Source: Dehalococcoidia bacterium (lineage in GTDB: Bacteria; Chloroflexota; Dehalococcoidia; GIF9; UBA5629). Taken from it: a DNA stretch of 64,000 nucleotides. Both the position numbers and the translations under genes were made by a program. The stretch covers positions 69,069 to 133,068 of the forward strand of contig DAOTWF010000030.1 in NCBI GenBank assembly GCA_034435835.1. Direction: 5' to 3'. Below are positions 1-8,131 of the stretch, piece by piece. The notes under the pieces are model-generated. The model was not told the origin of the DNA, did no database searches, and was given only the letters and a program-made list of their open reading frames with translations. Position 1 is the stretch's first letter. Every line of letters starts with the position of its first letter.

Positions 1-199
1 CCAGCATCCCCACACTTATCGCTGGGTTAATGTGGCAACCAGATATGTTGCCAATCGCATACACCATAGCCAGGACCGCCAGACCGAAGGCAAATGAAAT
101 ACCGGCGAAACCAATCGCTTTGCCGGCAACCACCGCACTGCCACAGCCGATGAACACTAACACAAAAGTCCCTATCAGCTCCGCAATGTATTTCTTCAT
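1..199 (-). CDS. aqpZ: Aquaporin Z / MIP-family channel, N-terminal 66 codons only (gene runs off the window start)
   Basis: Absent from the ORF track because no stop lies in the window. The reverse complement from ATG (197..199) reads [66 protein letters not shown]. This is the MIP N-terminus with the first NPA box (HINPAIS). A GGGAGG RBS lies 8 nt upstream. Confidence 0.85.
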   Translation of the reverse strand, partial: MKKYIAELIGTFVLVFIGCGSAVVAGKAIGFAGISFAFGLAVLAMVYAIGNISGCHINPAISVGML

Positions 200-282
200 G
201 ATGCCAACCTCCCTCTTCGTTGATTATGTGCAGTCGTCATTTCAAGTAAACCATAAATCTGATCACCAATTTCACTATGCTT

Positions 283-2763
283 CTAGGACCAGGCCGGTAT
301 TAATTTACCATCAGGGCTCTGCCAGACAGGCACCCATACCAAAGCGACCAAGCGGACGGAAATATCCTTCTTAGCCGGTCTGATAACCACCGTCTCAAGT
401 TCCTCGGCTAGTGGGTCAATCTTGGCTTGCAGCTCCTGCATCTCCGCCCTGAACTCATCCTCCAGCTCTCCCAGCCGTTGCTGGTAGGTTGCCAGCGTCT
501 CTCTAGCACGCCCAACATCCTGCGCTTCTTTCATTATGCGCCCGGCGCTGCGCACAGTAGTAGCACCCCTGCTCAGCGAGGAGTAGCTCAGTGCCTTCCT
601 GCCCATGAAAGCGCTGAGCAAGGTGGCTCCCGCCGAAACAGCCGTCTGCATCTTTTGCTGCCTTGCCTGCTCCACCTCCCTCTCCACCGCCTGCTGGGCA
701 CGCCGTACCTTTTCTTCCAGCGCAGCCACCTTGGCAGCATATTTCTGCTTCGCTTTCTCAATCGCCTCATCACGCTGCTCCCGAAAGCTCTGCTGCAGCC
801 GTACCCTGAAATCGCGCTCCGACTCTCCCGGCTTGGAAAACGCCTTAAACGTCGGACTCTTTAGCAGTTCCAGCTTTCGGTTCCGGTAAAGCCAGTCGGC
901 AAATTCCCTAACCCAGGCATCGTAGCTCCTGGGATTGCTGGCAGCCGAAGGTAGCAGAGCAAAAGCCGCCGGCTCGCTTGGCGACTTTTCCAGATCGGCG
1001 ATGTTGAACGGGGCTTCGTTTGCCCTGTTCCAGTCCACAGGGATGGGATCATCGGTTATTGGTGTAATATGTGAAGACTCCTCCATCAGATCAATCCCGC
1101 TTTTTGCGTCCAGAAAGTGCACCTGGGCATGCCCAACAAGCATCGGGGAATATACCAGGGTATGCCCTGCCGGCTTACTGCCACGAATGGGAACAAAATA
1201 CTGGGGGACGCTCGGCGGTAACACCGGCCTGCCGCTGGAACGGGAGGGCTCGGCTCCAGGCTGTACCGGCGGCATCGCCGGCGCCGTGGGCACGGCTGTG
1301 GATACCGCTGGTTGCGGCGCCGTCTGAGCTGTAAGCACCGCAGTGCGCAGCGGGTCCATAAGCTTCTTTATCTGGACACGGGTGATCGGTCCCCGGAGGT
1401 AGGACATCGCCCACCGGGTCTCAAAGATTACCGGCGCGTCCTCGTGCACATTGTTCATCAGAAATATGCGGTTGCTCAAGCCAGCCAGAGTCTGCTCCAT
1501 TGCCTGTCTGTCGAACTTCGTACCCGCCGTAGCAGCCACACCCTCAAGCCCCTCCAGCACCCGCATCTTATCGCGCTCGGTCTGCAGCCGCCCTACGAAC
1601 CAGGTACCGGTATTCGCCAGTCCTTTGTAGTCGAGGTCAACGGGGTTCTGTGTAGCAAGCAGTATGCCCACGCCGAAAGCGCGCGCTTGCTTGAGCAGGG
1701 TCAGCAAGGGTAGTTTAGAGGGCGGGTTGGCAACGGGCGGGAAGTAGCCAAAAATCTCGTCCATGTAAACTATAGCCCGGAGGCTGGTGGTTCCCGATTG
1801 AGATCGCGTCCAGGCAAGCACTTGATTGAGCAACAACGAGACGAAGAACATCCGCTCGGAATCGTTCAGGTGGGCTATGGAAAAGATGGCTACACGTGGC
1901 TTGCCGTTCGGGGAGTAGAGTATCTGACCGATGTCCAGTGGCTCACCCTGAAGCCAGATATCGAACCCCGGCGCCGCCAGCAAATTGTTCAGCAACAGCG
2001 CCAGCGCAAACCTGTCCTTCGCAGGGTAGAAAGACTCCAGGTCCAGCGCGCCGACCCTGTTCACAGGCGGTGACTGTATCTGCTGTATCAGCATCCCCAG
2101 GTCCATATCCCTCCCCTCGCGCCACGCTATGTCGAGTATTGTGGAGATGAGTATGTGTTCCCGGCTGCGGATAGGGTCAGCCTCTTTCCCCACCAGCCCA
2201 AGCAGGCTAGTGGCTGTGGATACGATGCGTTCCCTGAGTAGTTCAGTGTCTTCCCTTATAGCCGGGGGTGGGGCAGCAAACGATTTCAGAATGGACACCG
2301 GTATCCCGGCGGTGCTTCCCGGCGTGTATATCACAAAGTCGGCAGCCTCCTTGAGCCTGGCAATGCGCTCACCGCTCTGCCCCCACGATGCCAGCCCGTT
2401 TCGCCACACCTCTGCCTGCTTCTTGGCATATTCCTCTACGGTCAGCCCCTTCTTGCGGGCATCGTCCTCGTTCACCCAGGGGAGAAAGTTATCTGGCTTT
2501 AGCTCCGGGAATGCGAGCAGCAGATTGGGCAAATCGCCCTTCGGATCGATGGCTATGGACGGAATCCCGTCCATAGCCGCCTCTTCAAGCAACACTATGC
2601 ACAGGCCCGTTTTGCCGCTGCCGGTCATACCCACGCAGACACCGTGGGTTACCAGGTCCTTAGAATCGTAGAGGAGCAGCTCACCTGTAGATTTCTTGGC
2701 AGCAAGGTCGTAGGTCTTCCCCAGATAGAAAACACCCAGCCTCTCATAATCTTCCATACTCAC
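283..2763 (-). CDS. HerA/FtsK-superfamily P-loop NTPase (DUF87/DUF853-like) with a Pro-rich linker and a C-terminal coiled-coil region
   Basis: 826-aa ORF. Walker A is GMTGSGKTG, a Walker B-like stretch is IVYMDEIF, and LLATQNPVDLD is typical of HerA/VirB4-type ATPases. A Pro/Ala-rich linker (TAPQPAVSTAVPTAPAMPPVQPG) and a charged heptad-like tail (EEKVRRAQQAVEREVEQARQQ) follow. Confidence 0.6.
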   Translation of the reverse strand: MSMEDYERLGVFYLGKTYDLAAKKSTGELLLYDSKDLVTHGVCVGMTGSGKTGLCIVLLEEAAMDGIPSIAIDPKGDLPNLLLAFPELKPDNFLPWVNEDDARKKGLTVEEYAKKQAEVWRNGLASWGQSGERIARLKEAADFVIYTPGSTAGIPVSILKSFAAPPPAIREDTELLRERIVSTATSLLGLVGKEADPIRSREHILISTILDIAWREGRDMDLGMLIQQIQSPPVNRVGALDLESFYPAKDRFALALLLNNLLAAPGFDIWLQGEPLDIGQILYSPNGKPRVAIFSIAHLNDSERMFFVSLLLNQVLAWTRSQSGTTSLRAIVYMDEIFGYFPPVANPPSKLPLLTLLKQARAFGVGILLATQNPVDLDYKGLANTGTWFVGRLQTERDKMRVLEGLEGVAATAGTKFDRQAMEQTLAGLSNRIFLMNNVHEDAPVIFETRWAMSYLRGPITRVQIKKLMDPLRTAVLTAQTAPQPAVSTAVPTAPAMPPVQPGAEPSRSSGRPVLPPSVPQYFVPIRGSKPAGHTLVYSPMLVGHAQVHFLDAKSGIDLMEESSHITPITDDPIPVDWNRANEAPFNIADLEKSPSEPAAFALLPSAASNPRSYDAWVREFADWLYRNRKLELLKSPTFKAFSKPGESERDFRVRLQQSFREQRDEAIEKAKQKYAAKVAALEEKVRRAQQAVEREVEQARQQKMQTAVSAGATLLSAFMGRKALSYSSLSRGATTVRSAGRIMKEAQDVGRARETLATYQQRLGELEDEFRAEMQELQAKIDPLAEELETVVIRPAKKDISVRLVALVWVPVWQSPDGKLIPAWS

Positions 2764-2810
2764 ACCCCCCTGAGGTACTATAGTGCCAGTATATCATCAG
2801 GCGTGCCATC

Positions 2811-2838
2811 AGTTTAGCACAAACAAACCATATGTCAA
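2811..2838 (-). promoter_or_regulatory. Candidate sigma70-type promoter for the HerA-like gene (TTGACA-N16-TAAACT)
   Basis: The minus strand reads TTGACAtatggtttgtttgtgcTAAACT about 50 nt upstream of the ATG at 2763. Motif match only. Confidence 0.35.
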
Positions 2839-2955
2839 TCATTTCCGTCAGAAGATACGTCGGGATGCACCGGAGACAAAGCTTCATACAGAAGTAAGGG
2901 CCCCTAGCAGAAAAGGGGCTAGTGGCTGTTCTCTACAGCCCGCGGAGATAGGCAT

Positions 2956-3206
2956 CTATGGAAGTTGCAGCCCGCCCACCCACATCCTGTCCTTGGTGGT
3001 CTTGCCGGTCACCTCGTCAGCCACCACGGGGTTATCGTCCCTTTCTGTGCCCCAGCCAGCGATAGTGAGCGGTATGCGCTCACCGACCTCATCCACGCGG
3101 ATGACTACAAACTGCTTTGCCTGGCTTTCTTTACTATGGCTGGAGCCTCGAATTCGAAATAGTTGATCACCGGGCAAAGTTTCTCTTTAGCCACTATTTT
3201 GTACAC
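2956..3206 (-). pseudogene. Frameshifted and truncated remnant of an NfnA/SudB-like (PyrK-type FAD/[2Fe-2S]) subunit gene
   Basis: From GTG (3204..3206, GAGG RBS upstream) frame A gives VYKIVAKEKLCPVINYFEFEAPAIVKKARQSSL*. A shifted frame continues AKQFVVIRVDEVGERIPLTIAGWGTERDDNPVVADEVTGKTTKD. Together these match the N-terminal ~70 aa of NfnA/sulfide dehydrogenase small subunit (consensus as recalled: FKIL.KE.LAP.I..FEIEAP.IAKKAKPGQFV.IR..E.GERIPLTIAD...G.I..V.QEVGKTT). The frameshift lies near 3110..3120. Homology ends after GKTTKD and a stop follows at 2956, so about 200 aa are missing. Confidence 0.55.
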
Positions 3207-3220
3207 GGTGAGACCTCGTT

Positions 3221-5410
3221 CTAGACAGTTTTGACTCTAACCGGTGGCAGCACCGGACGGGAAAGCTCGAGCCTGGCATCGCAGCGCAAACAGCGCCTGG
3301 CTTCCGCCCTGGCAGTCATTTCATCGTAGCCTCGCTCCACCTCAGCAAAGCCAGCCAGACGTTTATCCAGGCTGATGCTGGGCATCTCGGGACGCCGCCT
3401 GTCAGCGAAGCCCTCCTCGCTGCCAAAATACGGGTCCGCCTTCTCAAATGGTACCAGCACCTCTTCGATGATGCCGCTCCCACCCAGATATCTATCAATC
3501 GAGCTTGCCGCCTGCCTCCCCTGAGCAATAGCCTCTATCACCGATGCCGGCCCCAGTACCACATCACCACCGGCAAACACACCCTCTATATTGGTCGCCA
3601 GAGTTCTTGTATCCACCTTTATCACATCCCCACGCCCGACCTCCACACCAAACCCCCTAGGAATCTCAGACACCTGCCCGATGCTCGCTATGACGTTGTC
3701 AAACTCCATGACAAACTTGCTACCCTTAATGGGCACCGGCCGGCGCCTGCCGCTGGCATCAGGCTCGCCCAGCTCCATCCTGATGCACTCCAGCTCAAGA
3801 TTGCCATTTTTGACGGCTACCTTTGAAGGTGCTGCCAGGAAGATAATCTCCACCCCCTCGTGCAGAGCTTCCTCCACTTCCTCAGGCGCTGCCGGCATCT
3901 CAGCACGGGTGCGCCGGTAGATAATCGTTACCTCTTTGGCACCAAGACGTAATGCCGTGCGTGAGCAGTCTATAGCTGCATTGCCACCACCTATAACCGC
4001 TATCCTCTCGCCTATCTTCACTGGCTCCCCCAGACTGACCTGCCGCAGGAAAGTGACACCGTCCATAACACCCGCGCTGTCCTCGCCCTCAATACCCAAC
4101 TTCGTCCCCCGATGAGCACCCAGAGCCAGAAACACCGCCTGGTAACCATCCCCAAACAGCCCATCCAGGGACTCCACCCTGGCGTTCGTCCTTATCTCCA
4201 CGCCCACACTCGCAATCTCCTTGATTTCAGCATCAAGAATAGCGCGCGGCAGACGGTAAGCAGGGATACCCACTCGCATCATGCCACCGGGCTGCGGCAG
4301 TGCCTCGAACACCGTAACCTTGTGCCCCAGTTTAGCTAGATAAAAGGCTGCCGTCAGCCCCGCCGGTCCCGAACCGACCACCGCCACCTTCTTCCCGGTC
4401 GGCGGTGCTACTTTAGAATACTGTTTCCACAAACCTCCGTCATTATCAGCAGCAAACCGTTTGAGGAATTTGATGCATATCGGGTCATTGAGCACACCCC
4501 GCCGACACGCCTGCTCACAGGGATGTATACATACCCTCCCCAGAACACCAGGGAAGGGCACTTTCTCTCGTATCACCGCCAGCGCCTCAGAATATTTCCC
4601 CTGCGCAATCAAATAAATGTACCGCGGTATATCAATATGCGCCGGACAGGCATCCCGACAAGGGACAACATAAGCCTCCCAGTTGGGAATATCACGGAAG
4701 CGCGCTTCTCTGTCAATAAGAGCACCGGTGGGACAGACCTCAACACAGCTGAAACAGAACTTGCAGCCCGATTCTTTATGGTCATCGTTCTTCTTAGGCC
4801 CCGCAACCTTATAACCATTCACCTCCACAAAATCAAGCGCCTTTATCCCACGAAGATCATTGCAAGCACTTATACAACGACCACACAAAATGCACAAATT
4901 GTAGTCTAAGTCAAAAAAGGGATTGTCGCGATTTATCGGTAAAAAACGGTACTCGTATAGGATGTCTTGCATCCTGATATCAAAAAAGTCAGACACCAGT
5001 TGTAGCTCACAGCGTCCGTTTTTGGGACAGGTGACACAACGCTCGGTGACGGAGACGCTGCGCAGGCAGATATCGAACGGTTTGCAGCGCTCCCTCCGCC
5101 AGCAGGTAAGGCAGGCGCTGGGATGCTGTGATAGCAGCCTGACCAAAGCCTGACGCTGCCTCTGGCGCAGCTCCGGAGTATCCGTGCGCACGACCATGCC
5201 TTCGTAAACCCTGGTAGTACAGGACAGAACCGGTTCACCCTGCCCCTCGATTTCCACCAGACACAGCCCGCAGTTACCCGAAGGCGGTAGGTCGGGGTGA
5301 GCACAAAGGCTAGGGATGTAGATGCCGGCATCCGTCGCTGCCTGAAATATCGTCATGCCGGCTGAAACGCTGGCCTCACGCCCGTCAATGGTGATGGAGA
5401 ACTCACCCAT
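3221..5410 (-). CDS. Fusion protein: NuoG/HydA-type N-terminal Fe-S domain ([2Fe-2S] plus [4Fe-4S] clusters) joined to a GltD/NfnB-like NAD(P)H:FAD oxidoreductase; putative FDH-associated diaphorase subunit
   Basis: 729 aa. The N-terminus (ITIDGREASVSAGMTIFQAATDAGIYIPSLCAHPDL...CGLCLVEIEG) is paralogous to the FdhA N-terminus. CILCGRCISAC and CKFCFSCVEVCPTGAL are ferredoxin motifs. Then come GltD-type motifs: VPCRDACPAHIDIPRYI, VAVVGSGPAGLTAAFYL (FAD) and IAVIGGGNAAIDCSRTA (NAD(P)H). It starts 4 nt after the fdhA stop. Confidence 0.8.
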   Translation of the reverse strand: MGEFSITIDGREASVSAGMTIFQAATDAGIYIPSLCAHPDLPPSGNCGLCLVEIEGQGEPVLSCTTRVYEGMVVRTDTPELRQRQRQALVRLLSQHPSACLTCWRRERCKPFDICLRSVSVTERCVTCPKNGRCELQLVSDFFDIRMQDILYEYRFLPINRDNPFFDLDYNLCILCGRCISACNDLRGIKALDFVEVNGYKVAGPKKNDDHKESGCKFCFSCVEVCPTGALIDREARFRDIPNWEAYVVPCRDACPAHIDIPRYIYLIAQGKYSEALAVIREKVPFPGVLGRVCIHPCEQACRRGVLNDPICIKFLKRFAADNDGGLWKQYSKVAPPTGKKVAVVGSGPAGLTAAFYLAKLGHKVTVFEALPQPGGMMRVGIPAYRLPRAILDAEIKEIASVGVEIRTNARVESLDGLFGDGYQAVFLALGAHRGTKLGIEGEDSAGVMDGVTFLRQVSLGEPVKIGERIAVIGGGNAAIDCSRTALRLGAKEVTIIYRRTRAEMPAAPEEVEEALHEGVEIIFLAAPSKVAVKNGNLELECIRMELGEPDASGRRRPVPIKGSKFVMEFDNVIASIGQVSEIPRGFGVEVGRGDVIKVDTRTLATNIEGVFAGGDVVLGPASVIEAIAQGRQAASSIDRYLGGSGIIEEVLVPFEKADPYFGSEEGFADRRRPEMPSISLDKRLAGFAEVERGYDEMTARAEARRCLRCDARLELSRPVLPPVRVKTV

Positions 5411-5414
5411 CGGA

Positions 5415-8108
5415 TTAAAGCTTTTCTACCCTGACCGCAGACACCTTGAGTTCTGGAGTCTTGGATACCGGGTCAAAGGCGGTGTTGGTCAAAACATTCA
5501 CCGGGCTCTCGACAAAGTGAAACGTCATATAGACGACCCCGGGTGGCACTCTCTCTGTAACCTTAGCCTTTACCATAACCTCGCCGCGCCTAGATACTAC
5601 CTTCACTCTTTCGCCGTCCTCAATCTTGAGGTCTCTAGCGTCCCTTGGGTTTATCTCCACTGCAGCCTCAGGGTCAATGGCATTCAGCCCGCGCACCCGG
5701 CGCGTCATGGTGCCGGTGTGGTAATGAAAGAGACTGCGTCCGGTGGTGAGTATAAACGGATAGTCCTTGTCCGGCAACTCTGCCGGTGGCTTGTACTCCA
5801 GCGGTGTGAACAGCCCCAGCCCGCGGACAAACCTGCCCACATGCAGTATAGGGGTACCGGGATGGTCTGTGTTCGGACAGGGCCACTGAAGCCCACCGTT
5901 CTCCAGCCGCTCATAATTGATGCCACCGTAGCTGGGCGTCAGCCTGGCTATCTCGTCCATAACCTCCGAGGGATGGTTATAATCAAAACCCTGAGCGCCC
6001 ATTCGTTTTGCTATTTCACAAATGATCCACCAGTCCGGCTTGGAATTGCCCACAGGCTCGATTGCTTTCCTCACCCGTTGCACGCGGCGCTCGGTGTTGG
6101 TGAAGGTACCGTCCTTTTCGGCAAAGCTGGCAGCCGGCAGCACAACATGTGCCAATTGCGCCGTCTCGGTGAGGAACATATCCTGCACTACCAGGAACTC
6201 CAGCCTCTTGAATGCCTCCCTGGTATGGTTGATATCGGGGTCGCTGAGCAGCGGGTTCTCGCCCATGACGAAGGCCGCCTTGAGGCGCCTGTTATAGGCA
6301 GCATCGATCATCTCGCTGAGGGTCAGCCCTGGATTGGGGTTGAGATCGCAACGCCAGGCGATCTCAAACTTGTGGCGTATCTCCGGGTTGTCCACCCTTT
6401 GGTAACCGGTGTAGACGTTAGGCAGGGCACCCATATCGCAGGCACCCTGTACATTGTTCTGCCCACGCAGCGGGTTAACGCCAGAAGAGGGCTTCCCGAT
6501 GTTCCCAGTAAGCATCGCCAAGTTGGCTATCGCCAGCACATTGTCAGTGCCGTGGGTATGCTGGGTTACGCCCATGGTGTAAAGAATTGTCGCCGGCTTA
6601 AAGGTGGCGTACAATCGTGCCGCTTTAGCTATCGCCTCCCGCGGCACCCCTGTTACTTTCTCTACAAATTCCATCTCAAACTTCTTTAACGATTCCTTAA
6701 AAGAATCGAAATTTTCACAATATTCGCTAACGAAGGCTAGGTCGGCAAGCCCTTCATCGTAGATCACCTTCGCCATCCCCATAAGCAAGGCAACATCGCT
6801 ACCAGGAACGTGTCTCAGCCAGACATCGGCACGGTTACAGAGGTCTATCTCCAGAGGGTTAGCCACAATGAGCCGGGCACCATTACGTACCGCTCTTTTG
6901 ACCTCCAGAGCTATAACCGGATGTGTGGCACTGGTATTACTGCCGATGACTAACACGCAAGCTGCATTGCCGATCTCGTTAATAGAGTTAGTCATGGCAC
7001 CGCTGCCAAAAGTGGTAGCCAGACCGGCTACCGTGGGCGCATGTCAGAGACGGGCACAGTGGTCGATATTGTTCGTCCCCATGACGGCACGGGTGAATTT
7101 CTGTGCCAGATAGTTTTCTTCGTTGGTGCACCTTGCTGAAGCGATAAAGGCAAACTCTTCACTTTTGTGCTTGCCCAGGACCTCAGCAACAAAACCCAGT
7201 GCCTCCTCCCAGCTCGTCTCCACAAGCTTGCCATCCTTCCTTATCAGCGGGTTGCTCAGACGCTCGGGGTGATGGACAAACTCGACAATGCCAAAACGTC
7301 CCTTAACACAAGCCTGTCCTTTGTTAACCGTATTCTCACCATAAACAGGTACCGAACGCACCACCCTCTCCGCTTTTACCTCCAGCCCCAACTGACAACC
7401 CACACCGCAATAAGGACATATTGTCGGCACTGTTCGGTCCGACAAGCCAAGCCATTTGCCCTCTGTGTCAAGGAGAGCACCAGTAGGACAGACATCAACG
7501 CAGGCACCACAAAACTGACAACCGGAGTTTTGCAGGGTCTTATCGAAAGCGGTCCCCACTAGCGCCTTGCTGCCCCGATAAATAAAGGCAATAGCCCCCG
7601 CACCCCTCACCTCCTGGCATACCCTTACACAACGCCCACAGAGGACACAAAGATTATAGTCACGGTCGAAAAATGGGCTGTCACGGAGAACAGGAAGCTC
7701 CTTGAGGATAGGCGGAAGAGTGACCTCCTCCACCCCAATCCGGGATGCAACCTTCTGCAGCTCGCAGCGCAGGTTCTTGGCACAGGTAACGCATTGCTTA
7801 GGATGTTCCGCCAGAATCAACTCAAATATGTTCTTCCGCAGCTCCCGAAGCTCAGGGGTGTCCGTCCTGACCACCATCCCATCGGTCACCGGCGTGGTAC
7901 AGGCAGTGGGAAAGCCACGCATATTCTCAATTTCCACAAGACAGAGACGACAGGCACCGTAGGGGCTCAGACTCGGATGATAGCAAAGCGTCGGTATGTG
8001 CACGCCAGCCTGCTTAGCTGCCTCAAGTACGGTACAGCCGTCTTTCACCTGCACCGTCCGACCATCTATGCTCACCGTCACCACTTTAGCTCTCTCTTCA
8101 ACAACCAT
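5415..8108 (-). CDS. fdhA: Formate dehydrogenase catalytic subunit (Mo/W-bis-PGD, NuoG-like N-terminal Fe-S domain), selenocysteine-containing; TGA at 7044..7046 decoded as Sec (residue 355 of 897)
   Basis: Track ORFs 7044..8108 and 5415..6995 share one frame, with 16 sense codons between the TGA and the second ORF's ATG. Read-through gives [35 protein letters not shown], the canonical FDH Sec/Cys active-site context. CPYCGVGCQLG is the [4Fe-4S] motif of the molybdopterin domain. The C-terminus (VSKTPELKVSAVRVEKL) is typical of the family. Confidence 0.9.
7014..7032 (-). promoter_or_regulatory. Bacterial SECIS hairpin (apical stem-loop) directing Sec insertion at the UGA at 7044..7046
   Basis: The mRNA reads UGA-CAUGCGCCCAC-GGUAGCC-GGUCU-GGCUACC. 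An 11-nt spacer precedes 7 perfect base pairs, and the loop contains GGUC. As I recall, the E. coli fdhF SECIS has the same spacing and loop. Confidence 0.75.
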
Positions 8109-8131
8109 GGCAGACCTCTATCCTCACTATA

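Noticed and set aside
283-2763. The HerA-like ATPase as the core of an anti-phage defence system.
   Set aside because: No partner effector (nuclease, Sir2, TIR, protease, methylase) is present, and the neighbours are not mobile or variable genes. One ATPase alone is insufficient evidence, so I kept it only as an orphan of unknown function.
2783-3166. Plus-strand ORFs of 127 and 65 aa in the 2.8-3.2 kb gap.
   Set aside because: They lie antisense to the NfnA-like remnant, whose two frames show clear family homology. The plus-strand translations show no motifs.
5355-6689. A 444-aa plus-strand ORF opposite fdhA. Similar long antisense ORFs occur at 2129..2671, 15348..16114, 22098..22712, 26472..27017, 37963..38493, 40557..41141 and 63485..63907.
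   Set aside because: Each lies antisense to a gene with strong family motifs. Their translations are Arg/Pro/Gly-rich with no recognisable domains. This is typical shadow-ORF behaviour in GC-rich coding DNA.
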